A stretch of DNA of 64,000 nt, taken from assembly GCA_047495785.1 (NCBI GenBank), contig JBLDXI010000056.1, positions 124,001 to 188,000 on the forward strand, written 5' to 3'. Below, piece by piece: positions 29,501 through 42,726 of the stretch; the first letter of the stretch is position 1; each line of letters opens with the position of its first letter. Position numbers and translations under genes: made by a program. Origin of the DNA: Lepidodermella squamata. Taxonomy: Eukaryota; Animalia; Gastrotricha. A model generated the notes under the pieces. The model searched no databases. It was not told where the DNA came from and was given only the letters and a program-made list of their open reading frames with translations.

Positions 29501-32500
29501 GTCCAGCCTCGTTGCAAAGTACCAATTTTAACGTTCATATCACAGTAGACTCGGAGCGCTGATCGGCCGTAAGGATAGATGAAGTACAAACCATTAGTTG
29601 CACTCGGATTGAGGATGAGAATGTCCTGGCAATCGATTGGCTTCCGGTCTAGGAAATATTCGATAATCAATAATCGCATAGCTATGTAAAAAGTCTAACA
29701 ATTTCGTTTGATCATCATTGTCATAGCCTTGAGAGATTGGTAACGGCCCTTCCATGTCTTCCAATGCATCCCTTTGTTGAGTACTGATAAGCCAAACTCG
29801 CCATTAGGGCTGCTGTCGAAGCAACTACCATTTGAGTAGTACCACCAGCCACCAAAGGGAGCCAAGTTATCCATGCAGTGATGTTCGTACTGAGTTTCAG
29901 TTGTCTGAAACTTCTTTCCATTGTGAGCTGTCAAGCTATCACCGGGATCTTCAATGTCGTTGTCGACATCAAACTGATCAACTCGAAGTTCATAAGAATC
30001 GTCTTCTGATGATACGGCAAAAGTTCCATAGGTAGCTGTCCGCTTCTCACCAACGCTGTTTTCCATAGTGACAACGAGTCGGTAAGCAAGATTGGTTGTC
30101 CATAAGCGAGTTAAACGATAGATATTCTCATTTCCTAGGTAATTATTCCCGGCTGCTGAGCCGAATCCGTTCTTGTACTCTGTCCAATTTCGGGCGAAAT
30201 TCAGCGATGAATCGTAATGACGCTGGATGGTAGTATAGCCGCCCCCTAAAGCTGCCATTTCGCAGTAAACAGATATGGGAGTAGCCGCATTGACTGGGTA
30301 AATCTGATAAACACCACTCGGAGCCAAGGGGTTAGCGTATAAAATGTCATCGCAGTCGTTGTACTGCGTTGATTTCGGCATGAGTTCTAAACGGCATTTT
30401 TCATACTTTGAGATTACGGGATTGATGGTGAAATTTTTACGTGGCAAGGAATAAGAGGGAGGTGATCTTCGAAACATCATGAGAGTTCGCTTCATCGGAG
30501 TGTAATAGCTTTTATAAGTAGACCAAACTGGACCTTTTGCATAGTCTCTACTCCCATACAACCCATTCAGGTTGCTATAACGATAGGCAGAGATAAAAAG
30601 TGAAAAGAATTATGAAAAGAATAGTTATATTGAATACCTAGAGTGGCAACCGGCGTACCTAATAATGCAGGGTGGATTTCAGCGTGAAAGATTAGCGAAA
30701 AAATCTCGGAAAACCTACCACCATGCGCCTTGATAGGTTCTTGCGCAGCTGTAATCCGCGCTGTTCTTCGTTTTGAACGTCAAACCTTTATGCACGACCA
30801 GGGCATCATCTGAAATTACCCAAGCCAATGACAAATTTGATATCAGGCATCGCAAAAGCTAACTGATATTCCCGCACAAATAGCTTCCATATCTCAGCGT
30901 GTAGCCTTTCGCTTCACCTTCCAGGAAAAATTTGCTGTATACACCGATATCCACCTCATCATCGTAAGTTGTCAGCTCAACCAAGAGGTGGTAATCATTG
31001 AGGGAATATGTCATCTTATGAATCTTTTCGTTGCCCATCCAAAAGTTGATACCCATCGTTCCAAATCCGGCCTTGTAATCCTCCCATTCCTGGTAGAAGT
31101 TTTGCGTGCCATCGACGCGCTTCTGCATAACTGTCCAGCCCCCACCGTAGAGCCGCATCTCACAATAGACCTGGATGGGGCCTTGACCTGGGGGGTAGAC
31201 CGTATAAGTTCCACTTGGCAAAGTAGGCTGACGGATAGCCAGATCTTCGCAGTCCACGGGCTGGGCATTCCATTGTTCTGTAACAGCATATTTATATGAA
31301 AATGCTTATGCGATGCTATTCTGATCTACCGCAGTGCTCCCAAGGATTTGAGGAGGAAGATGACTGGAAATTAGTGACAAATCCTACAGGACATCGGCAA
31401 GTACAGCCAGCAGCCTGAGTGCAGCATGAAGAACAAGAGGCGTGAGCTGGGCATCCTCTCATCCGAATCCTCATGTAATCTCCATTCACGTATGCCATCG
31501 GGCGCAATCTCAAAGCTTGGGTTCGGATATTTGGGCAAAACCTAGCACTATTGAAGCGTATCCCGGAAAAGTCTCGCCCACCAACAAATGAGGTTGGAGC
31601 TGAAGATGGGTCATTTTGGTTCTGCAAAACTGGGTAGAAGAGATTTGCGATCGTCTGAACTTTGAACCAGATTTGGTAGGCAGTGACACGACCACTTGGG
31701 GTCCCAGCGATCTGGACAGAGCTTACTGATAAAACCTTGCCGAAATCTACCTGCCACCACGGTTTCGGGTCAGTGCTGGGGTCATCCGGCGACCAGCCGG
31801 TCTGGTAGTTGTTGGTACTGATGCCGTTGCCATTTGCAGCTACCCCAGATGAGGCAGACAATGATCCACCCCAAGTTCCATCTGCGGCTTTGGGCACTAG
31901 GCTTTCCGAGTCGCAAACTAATTTTGGAAAAATTAGAGAATCTGATGGATGTCAAACGATTCGAGTTACTTTGGGGCTGGGCGTCAATGTGATAGCGACG
32001 ATCTGTTGCCACGGTGTTACAATCAGTCCCAGTCCACCTGCGAATAATTTGCAGAGGGAACATTCAATTTTAAAATAAGCTTACCCAACAGGGCATGTGC
32101 AGGTGCACAGACCGATTTCATCGCAGCAATCGTAGCACCGTCTACCCGCAGCATGACAAGCGAAAATGTCGAGAAGAATAGCCGGCTTGGCGTTCGAAGG
32201 CCACGTTACCGGCACGATTCTCAGGACGATGGTCTTCATCGGCGGGCAAAACGTTTGCTGAGTGGGTCTCATGCGATTTTGCGGCCCTGCAAATACTCTA
32301 GGCCTTCCGTCGACGCCTAAATAAGGCATCAAAGTGTATGCATAATTTGTGTGCGACCACATAACGTTATAGGTTAAAACAGTGTCTGAGGCGCCACTAG
32401 CCCTATTGCCTGTCATGATGATGCCAGCGACGATTTTGAGGACAGCAAATTTGACTTGGTACCAATTGTTTTCGTCAACATGTTCCGGGACCCAAGCTGG

Positions 32501-35500
32501 AGGCGACGTTCTGCCATTGTCCTCGTTCCACGGCGTCCCATCACCACTGCCCGAAGCTTTCGAATCGTATGAAGGCGTGTTTACCCAGAACGGAAAATGT
32601 GTCCTCGGTGCATCTCCTTCGAAGTCATCAGAACTCTCGAGCCAGCATTCGCAAAATGGGCTGAATTTGTTTACCGGGCAGCCTTTCAGCTCAATCCGCA
32701 TGAAAGGAGAAACTGTGTAAAACCGCGGGTAAATCAGCACCTTGGTGGTCAGTTTTCGAGGGCATAGCTCTTGCGAATTTCGAGTAGTCGGCACGACATT
32801 ACCAGCAAACCCCAAATCAATGCCATCGTGGTGGTAGAGGGCAAGAGATCGATGGGGGTAAAGTTCATCGAAGAAGTTTCCCTGAATATTGAACATTTTG
32901 ACAAAATACGCCGTAACAACGCCTGGCTCGGACTGGTGGCCCATAGTCGCAATTGCTCGAACATACATAGCGGTTGGGAATTGGATTCTGACGTAAGGGC
33001 TAACTTGACTAACATCAAAAGGGCCCGGTGACCAAGCATTCTGGGTCGCCAAGCCTGTAGGTGGATAGTCAGGATGGCTCTGAGACGCTGAATATGTCGC
33101 TGTAGCTGAGCACAATTCTTCGTTGCATGGTGATGGCTGCGTTGCACCTGATGAAAGTATAGGTCAAGAATCATTACAGGTTATACTGCATTCATTCGAC
33201 TATAGCTATGAATCCAGGAAAAGCTTGAGAGCTGTGCGATTTCCCCAAGAATTGCGGTGGGACTTGGAAAAAATGAGAGGGGGGGTAGTTGCTTGATAGT
33301 TAATTGTTCAAGTTCTTGAATCTCAGCCCGTCTATTGTCTATTGCAACATAAATTCTTACTTGATTTGCAGTTCTGAGTCAATGTTGTAGCGTCCTTCTC
33401 GCAAATTGAGGCTTCCATCCAATTCAAAAAGTGATCGTAGTCCTGCCAATCCGGCATGCCACTGAAGATAACTACCGCCAACTCACACTCTCCACAACCA
33501 AATCCATTCGGTTCCGCACTTCCCCAATCGGCGTAGTTGTTTGATTGAATTGTAGTCCCGTCATCCCAGTCATAGAAATCTGAAGTTATTCATGAAGTTC
33601 CTTTCGAAAATGAGCTTAAAATAATCTTACGAGTTTCAGTCAGTGTAGAGTTGTACTGTCTATTCCGATAAACGCCAAGCCATGTCTTCCTTCCCGTCGT
33701 GACATAACGAGCGAACGCATTTTCGATGGGTGAATTAACAGATATCAAATAGGAATTCCAGAAGTCGCACTGGGCGCGGTAAAACTTCATATCGTAGAGA
33801 TTGTCAGAGCTTGGTTTGCTGAATAGCCGGTAGCAGTGGCCGTTAAAATAGGACCAGCCAGATTCGCACTGCTGGCACGGATTCGACCGTTCACAAATGT
33901 AGCCGGCGGATGTATTCGTCCACGTCTTTGCAGCAGTTCTTGCAACTATCGATGAACCATTCCAAACAACATAAGCCCAGCCATTGATCGGATCAGGTTC
34001 GTTAACATCCCAGAATCCCGAGTAAGGCTTGCTATCATCGTTAATCGCTGCTGCAGTGTAGTTGTCATATTCCCACCCTGAAAAGACACATGATTTATGG
34101 CTTCAGACTTCGCAAACAGTAAACAAGTTTTGGGAAAACAGACATGTGTCTGGGTCGCCAGTGTAGCGATTATTGGTTACATCGTGGGAGCTTCTCAAGC
34201 TGTTGTCCAAGCCAATCCAAAACCGAGCGCCGGTAACTAAATTGAGGGATCGAAGCATAGTAATCAGTCCTTTCACAGACGTAAATCCCATGATATCCGA
34301 CGAAGTTATCGACACCAGCTGGAATGTTCCATACAAATCATAGCACTTCTTCCGCGCAAATTCAGGGCTGTTGACTTCATTAGATTGCCTGAATCATTAA
34401 AAGTAAAAAAATATCGATTCTTTAATTCAGTCATTACTCGGAGACAATTTTCAAACAGGTTCCGCCGGCCAGTCCATTCATCACCCAGGTGAAGCCGATT
34501 GGGCACATGTCTGCGCATGAGCTTGCGCTTGGGACCGTGCAAACTGGGTAGTACTCGTTACCACAGCTTCCTGCGTCTACTTTATCCTTATCATTGATAA
34601 AGCCGCAGGGGGAATGGTAGGAGTTGGGTGGATTCGAAGAGTTGAAAGCGAAGTTCGTGTAGCTAGTACTTTCACCCTCCCACGTGTACGAAGCTAGTAA
34701 ATTTCGAACTATTCGTAAGATTCAAATGTATATGAAATCTCTTACTCGATGTTTTCACGTAGAGATCAATCCAAAATCCTTGGCCACTGTATCCGATAGA
34801 AGGCCACGATTGTACATAGGATTTTACAACTTGGTTTTCGTAAGGAAGAGTCAAAGTAACAGGTTGAAGACCTATCGCTGAACAGGTCTGGATATTATCA
34901 GAAGATTTTCCGGTTTCGCGAAAGATCCAAATGCATTTGTTGGGCCCAATGCGAAGAATAGGCACCTGGCCAGGTTGGCTGAATAGAGATAACGTATTCA
35001 GCTGTTCCGGCATTTTACAGACTTTGCATGGATTCGCTTTCTCACAAATAAAAGGATACACCTCGGTAGATTGATTTAGTGTAATGTTTATCGAGACGAG
35101 TTGAAATAAGGTGGAGGAAGTGAAGCCGCAAATTGGTTTGAAGGCTTGCAAAGATCGGTCCAACGTGGCTGCAACGCACGAAGCATCGCTGGGGAAAGGA
35201 TACTGAGAATGGAATTGCCGAGCTAATTGACTGCCATCAGGGAATGACCAATTCCCAAATGAGCTAATCGTGTATGAAGTCCAATAAGCGTCAGTGGCAA
35301 AACGATCATATAGAAAAGCTTGTTCTGCTGAAGTTGAGGGCATGGCGAGGTATCCGCCTCTCTTCGCACACTGCCACTGAGCGGTCAGATAGCTAACCGG
35401 CTGGGACGGGTTTGAGAAAAAGTAGCATTTGTCGACATTTCCATTGTAAATCCAAGGACAAGAACAACAGCCACCCTGTCTCAAGATTCGCGTAACTATT

Positions 35501-38500
35501 ACACCTAAATGTATCAATTGCCTATTACCATAACACACGACGTTGTGGTGGTTGCTGGCGTTGCAGTTGTGGTTGTTGTAGTTGTAGTTGTTGTGGTAGT
35601 TGTTGTTGTCGTGGCTGTTTTGTGCAACAAAATTTAGTCATGTTAAGTTAATTCAGAATTAGATGTTTCAGACATATTATCGATAATCGAAGGTTCTTCT
35701 AAATTTTGAGAAACATACTTGTTGTAGTGACTTGCGCGACAGACCCAACGCCGTATGTCCCATTTTTCATGCAAATAACTCTGTGCTGATTATTACAATT
35801 GTTTTCCTTGGCCCATCCGGTTTGGCCGTCAGCAATATTGTCTATCGAATCAATGTTATTGTCGCGGCGAGTGTAATATGCGCAATCGCTGCTGCTCGAG
35901 CCATCTTTCGCATCATAGTTCGAGGTTGCAGTGGCAGGCGCCCCATTGATCCACGATAATGCTGCCAGGTGAAAACTTTGAAACAACGGAAGATGCTCAC
36001 TATCAACTTACAGCCACTATTCCACTTGAGGCCGACCCAATATGTAACATCGTCGCTACGACCATTTAGGTAAGCACGCGCAGCAACTATGAGTTCCTCG
36101 GATTCAATCGACCATATTTTTGCATTGCTCCAATCATCAGTTCCGCATACATAGACAGAATCTGACCATTTGTAGTCATCAGCAGAGAAAAGGATGCATT
36201 TGTTCAGGAATTTGCGGTACGCATAATGGTATTGCAGACAACCAGTACACGCCGAACTAACTTCACAAATGAAGCTTTTTGAAACTTTGAATTTATTATG
36301 AGTGTCTATCTTCCACATGCCACCCGTGTACTTCATATAGGCAACAAAGTCGCCCGTGCTGGGCGGGCTCTCAAAGACAAGATACTGATGAGACCCAGAG
36401 TTGGGTTGAACCAAGCCATTGGTTCCGGCAACAACGGCTGAGTTAACAAAAGCCACTCCTCCGCTCAGCCAACGCCACTCACCATCTAAGAGATTGTATA
36501 AAGATTTTTTAGATTTAGAAAAGCATTTAGTGCGACCGTAATTATTCATTATTCCCTGCAACCTTTGTTAAAGAATTTCAAGCTCACCTGGGTCGGTGAG
36601 AGTGCTGAATGATCCGATGGTAACCTGCTTGCGTCGCGCCCAATCCTGAACTCCCAGCCAGTATTCTCGGCCAGGTTGCATCAAAGTTTTCATGAATCGG
36701 TACTCGCCTAGAGTCTGCGGAACAAATAAATGGCCGCCAGCTCTCGAACAGTTTGTTAAAGCGCGGTGATACAGCGTTTCATTGCTAAGCGCATTTATCA
36801 TAAATAAAATTTTGGCATTTGGCATTTGAGAGAATCTTACTCGAAAACTCTGTAGCAGCTGTCATAACAAACATTGTAAAAATAACCACTTGGACAAGAA
36901 GCTGTTGCAAATATCCACATTTAGAGAGCATTAATAGGGATTTTGTAATGCTAACGATATCGAACAGGACACTCGGCTCCGACGTAGTGGTGGGCTGTGG
37001 TGTAGTAGTCGTACTAGTAGTCGGCACAGGAGTTGTGGTTGTGATCTAGCGATGTATCAAGTCAATAGCTTAATTCCACCTGGCGAATTTATCGACTCAC
37101 CGACGTAGTTGAAGTCGTAGTTGTCGTAGTAGCATCGCCGTACGTTGACTGGCAAGCAAAATTCAGCTGTGCGACCGGGCTATCACACGGCGCATCTCGC
37201 CAGCCATTTGGACCAGCGTAGACGCACTTGTTAGCAGTATGATTTACCGGAGCTGGCACAGACTTATCGAAATAGTTCTCCGTCGGGTAACCCATTTGAA
37301 CGCCTGTCGAGTTCCAATAGTAATCAGCTATCAAAATAATTCGAATCAAGTAATTAATTTCGACGGACCAATTTATTTCCACTTACCTGTAAAATGGTTG
37401 TAACCAACCCATAACGAGTCTGTGGTCCCAGGTGAGTATAAAACGTTCTTCCAATACCGATTTTGGTATGATTGATGAACAGTGGCCATGAAGCCACCAT
37501 TTGAGTTACACTGTTTATTCGCAGCTATTCGTTCGGTCTTATTCCCAGCAACGTAGCAGCGATCGAAAATTTTCGTAGTGCCTGGTTTGCAAACTTCCTT
37601 ACAAGGATTCCTTATCTGGCATATCACTGGCATTCCAGGAAGATCCTTTCGGTAAATCGTCAAATAAGGAGCTGTTTTATGCTAGAAAACCATCAAGCAT
37701 CAAGTTAGAATAAAGCAAGTTTGTAATTATTTTACAGGTATGACACACGGCACGTATTCAGGGAACTGAAGTCCTAATTCGTAAGCTCTGCCAAGCCAAA
37801 TGTTGGACGGAACTTGAGTCGGCGGGCTGGTTTCCCACCAGTAGACGCCATCGTAACTGTATATGCCTAAGAATGGGCATGTTTTTCCACTTTCCCAAGT
37901 ATCGATCGGATCGATTTCCAGTTGGATGTTGTGATGAGTTGCCAGCCATTTGAAAAATCTGGCCATGCTAGCCTGAGGATCACTTGTGGCAAATGTCGCA
38001 AGGGTTCCGCCACTTTCGACACAGGACCTCATGGCATCAGCATATTTCACGCCTTGCTGGAGGTAAGGCATCGAACTTGGTAGGTTTTTGATGAAATAGC
38101 ACATCCCATCCATTAGGAGTGACCCACACGGGCAGCAGTTCTCGCTCGAAGAGACTGTCCAACAGTATGCTAATTTCGATTCGATCATATACATAAAAAT
38201 CTTACGGGTTTGGCCGATAGTATTGGGAACGAATGTATTCATGACGTTGCCTTGAAAAGAAAATAATCAGGTAGACACCGAATTGGAATATTAAGGCTCT
38301 AAGCTTACTCGACGTCCATATTGAAGAGCCATCCGGATTCAAGTAAGGATTTCCAATATAAATATTCGTGTTCACTTTAGAGGTAATTTTTTGGGCTGCG
38401 CCTCTTCATTAATATATAATTACTTACACATCGTGCAATCTTTTCCAGTCCATTGGCCGATACAAATGCTTGAAGAACAATTATTTAGTGGCATCTAACA

Positions 38501-40573
38501 ACTAATTCGCAAACAAAAAGTCTCACCAAACGTCCCCATTCGGACCGTTGCCTTACGAAAATGAGAGCATTTATAATAAGAAATATGCGAATTGGAAATA
38601 CTCACAAGTTCCCCCGTTGCTGCACCTGGGGTTGCATATCGCTGTGAAATATTAAAGTTTGCAATTACCAAATGGGTGTTATTAGAGACTAACGCGTATT
38701 GCAATTGGCCCCTTCCCACCCACTCGGACAAGAACATTGATCTGGCTGTGTGCATGCCCCTCGAACGCAAACCGGATTGTCGCAAACAGCTGTTTCAAGA
38801 AAGAAATTACGCTCAACTGTAGAGCAAATTTTCGAAATTACGAGTTGAACAGGAAGCCCCAGTGTAGTCGGCATTGCACGAACAAGTGTTTGGGCCGATG
38901 CAAGTTCCACCGTTTTGACAATAGGTATCAGCGCACCATCCTAACCAGGCAAAATTCCAATGTTATCGGCTATTAACATGTGGCTAAAATTTAAGAAACT
39001 TGTATCGCAAGTTGGTCCACCGAAATTTGGCGCGCATCTGCAGGCTCCACTTGGCAAAAGACAAGTCCCGCCGTTTTGGCAGTCGCTGGTCATTAGACAA
39101 GACATGTTGCAGTTGGGGCCACTCAGACCGTTGCTACAGCGGCAAACATTTGGTGACACACAAGTCCCGCCGGAGCCACAGGTGGGCGAACACACAGCTG
39201 AAACCAGTCGTCAATCGGCAACTTCAGCAAAAGAATCCAAGTTCATGGCAACTTACGAATCGTGCATCCATCTGAAGTGTTGGTGTAGATTCCAGTGTAG
39301 CTTGGCGTGCATGTGCAAGTGTTAGGTGCCGTGCATGTCCCACCATTTTGGCATTGATTCGAACAAGTCGCTGAAAAATAGCAAGAAGAAAAATAATGAT
39401 TTCACGGCTATAACCGCCCTACGTGTCCTGCATTGGTTCGTCGCCCCCGTCCATCCATCCACACAGTTGCAAGTACTTGGCGGCGAGAGACACGATCCGC
39501 CATTATCGCAACTTGGACTGCAAGTAGCTGGGGGCATTATTAAATTTGTTAATCGAAGCTCAAATCAAAGTTTGGCACAACCTGTATAACAAGTGGATCC
39601 CGACCAGCCGGAGTTGCACGTGCAGTTATTAGGCCCTGTGCATGATCCCCCAGCCGGATTGCAAGCTGGTGAGCAAGTGACTGTAACAGGAGTAGATTAA
39701 AGCCAGACATTCCAAGTTAGAACACTTTTACATTGGCTACAGCCTGTAGTTACGGCACTGCTAGTCGGCTGCCAACCGCTTTGGCAGGTGCAAGTTTCCG
39801 GCCCAGAGCATGTTCCTTTGTCACAGCCTTGCGTACAGAAAGCTGGGGAAAATAGTTCCAACGCATTTTCTTTAGCATTATATATCTTATGCTCATACGC
39901 GATTGACATTTGTCGCCAGTCCAGCCCGACAAACATTGGCAAGTTTCATCGGCTAAACAAGTTCCATGGCCGTTACAATTTCCTGTACAAGTTATTGGAT
40001 TGTCTGTTATTACAGCGGGATCTGAAATAGCCCCTCCGGCTCCTAATGCAGGTGGAGAAGCAACAGCCACCGAAGGACTAGCCACAGCAGGCGAAGGAGT
40101 CACAGCTGGAGCTGCCGTTACAACTGAAATTTCGATGACATGACACATGACAAATGACAATAACCCGGCCCTGGTTATTCGCAAAATTTACCTGTAGAGC
40201 AATCTGCTCCGGAATACCCTGAGCGACATGCGCAAGTATTTGCGCCATTGCAAGTGCCACCATTTTTACAAAAACCCGACGAGCATCGACCTAAATAATC
40301 AACTTTATATTATAACATTCTGCCAGCGGGTCAAGTCGACTCACTTGTGCCACAGTTGCCGCCAGTCCAACCGGGATCGCATGCGCAAACGAGAAGGAGG
40401 CAGAGCCCGTGGTTTGAACAATCACCTGCACTCCAGCATCCTGCGGGTAAAAACGTTAGGGAATAGCAGATGCCATGGTTAACTGCTCTCAACTGCCTTT
40501 TACCTATACTGGTTTCGACAAGTAGGCTCAAGATGACTAGTCGCGCGGAAAATAATGCCGAGGTTGAACTCAT
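26594..40573 (-). CDS. Giant mosaic protein: signal peptide, ~12 EGF-like, ~8 C-type lectin (with Thr-rich linkers), 3 F5/8 discoidin, 4 fibrinogen-related (FReD), PAN-like, ~4 Sushi/CCP; exact 3' end uncertain
   Basis: Start MSSTSALFSARLVILSLLVETSIG. EGF CxNGGxC repeats at ~40440-38430, CTLDs (WLG/WVG/WIG, ICEK) at ~38170-33400, discoidin (W.QVDF..., RIELKGC) at ~33115-31450, FReDs (DC...YC[DE]M...G[WY]T..QR) at ~31260-27900, and Sushi at ~27640-26770. The junctions checked by hand (EGF block, FReD1, FReD3) are in-frame GT-AG mini-introns. A single transcript across all 14 kb is inferred. Confidence 0.8.
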
Positions 40574-42726
40574 TTTTACTATAAAAAACGAAAACTATGC
40601 AAGAAAATAACAGCTGGTTTACAATGTCTGACTATAACGCGCGTCTTACTAACAACTTATTGCTCCGCATGATTCACGGCTGCAGCTTCAAGAATATCGA
40701 CAACACATCTAATATTCATTTGTCTGTTTCATTCATCAAGTTTTTCCCATTGTTCGTAAGTCGGACTACTATTTCTCGAAAAGTCAAGTTTGTTGCCACA
40801 ATAAACTTCACAGAAACCGGCCCCTATCGATAACATTAGCTATTTCCGAATTTCATTCCTCTTTTCGGCCGTTAAGCCTGAGGGTTCGCTTGGTTCTGGC
40901 TCTCAGTCTATTGATAATCACGTATCATTAATTTTTCAAAAGGTTTAGTATTGATGCCGCCGCATTGTAATGGCTACTTCAGTTTTGTCGCTCGACTTTA
41001 CTTGTCCGTCAAATAGCCAAGCGCGTCATTTCTTAGAGTTTGCCACAGATAGTCGCTAGGTGATACCCATTTCTATGAAGGTGCATAGTGCGATGGCTTT
41101 GTCTCAACTAGCTGTCAAGTCAAAAAGCCACCCACGTTCGTCTGGGTCGATACCCATGTTAGAACGTTTTTTCTTTAACGCTATCGTGTTACCGCAATAC
41201 CGCATTGCCACGCTTTGAGAGCCATGCCACCGTAAAGTGAAACTTGGCTTTTGACTTTTGACCCTTTTCAAAATGCCCCGATTACCGTGGGACATCGGAT
41301 TTGCGCTTAAAATTAAGGTGGCACTCCCTTATAATCGGGTCGTAGTGACATCCTACAAACGAGCTATAGTGGCATGACAATCAATAGCGAGGTACATCGC
41401 CACGAGAGCTGTTATGTTTTTGAGGATTTGATTCATATGATTTGTTTAGTAGCCGTATGATAGTGAAGAGTGAAACCCAAGTATATGGGCAAATAACGTT
41501 TCCAAACGAATCAAGCCCTATTATGGCTGATTAAAAGCAAAAATAATTGCAAGGAATCCATGGCTAAGAAAATATTCATACCGATTTTGCTTTGCGTAAG
41601 AATAATTTCGTTAGAACCGATAAACTCAAAGGCCATGCTATCGAAGTTATCGAGCTATCAATCTCGAAAATTCCTGGAAAAACTCTATCTGCCTTAACCT
41701 TCAAACTCAAGTTTGAACTGTCTTTGACTGTCTTTGTTAATGAACGCAAAACTAAAGATAGCTCGCGTCTCTTATGCACTTGAACTACGATGAATTATGC
41801 AACGCGGCAACACGAAGCTAAAATGTCTCGCATATTCCATTGAATTAAGCCATTATTGACGACTTGGTGCTTCGATTTTTCTTTTGACTCGTCGCTTAGC
41901 AGAGTCATTTTCACGGCAGCCATGTTTTCATTAATAATTCTACAACTATTAACAATTAATTGCCTGACGTATACTGGTATTATGACAAGTATCTATTTTT
42001 CGTCACAATCCGCGAAATTATTTACTACATCATCCTCGGGCCCAGCACGGTTTATGCCGTTACATTTATGAGTTTTGTAGATATCGGTCTTAGAGATTTA
42101 GGCTATCAAACGGTCTCTGCCCATTCAATGCATCTTTGAGTACTGCTTTCCAATTCCATAGAGAACGCAGCAGTGATATATGTGCGTCCAATGCAAAACG
42201 AAAAATTCTTCGAAAAATTCATCTTTTATTTTTCATTTGCTTGTTTTAAGATGTTTCACTTCATAATGTTTTCAGAAAGCGTAAATCAACAAGTCCAAGT
42301 AGAAAACCTATAAAGATGGAAGTTGCAGCTCTATCAAGATTTCGCGCCTTCATCGGACAACAATACAGAAACTCACGCAGAACAAGATTCGAAATCACTA
42401 GTATATCATAATAAAGCGCGTCTATCTCTTTTCACAATAAAGAATATCGACAACAACAACTAGAAATGCACAGAAATTTTTGAAGCGTAAAACCTGAGAA
42501 TATCAAGGCGGGTCAACTTTGAATATTTTACACGCGGATAGGAAGAAGTAAAGTGAAAACACAACAAGTAAAACTCTGAAGGCATCAAGCGATATGCATC
42601 CCTATGAGAAAAACTCGGTAATTTTTCTAATAGGAACAATCGCGTTTTGATTTTATCCTCTATCGGGAGCCATAGAACTGAGTATGCTATGAGCACCGTG
42701 ATATAATATATTTTCTCATTTTTTCG

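Noticed and set aside
28430-40503. Non-canonical splicing or stop-codon recoding to explain the fragmented ORFs
   Set aside because: Every junction checked is explained by an ordinary short GT-AG intron in the right phase.
41000-42200. Possible gene or TE between the lectin and cadherin genes
   Set aside because: Only short stop-riddled ORFs are present, with no recognisable motif or termini.
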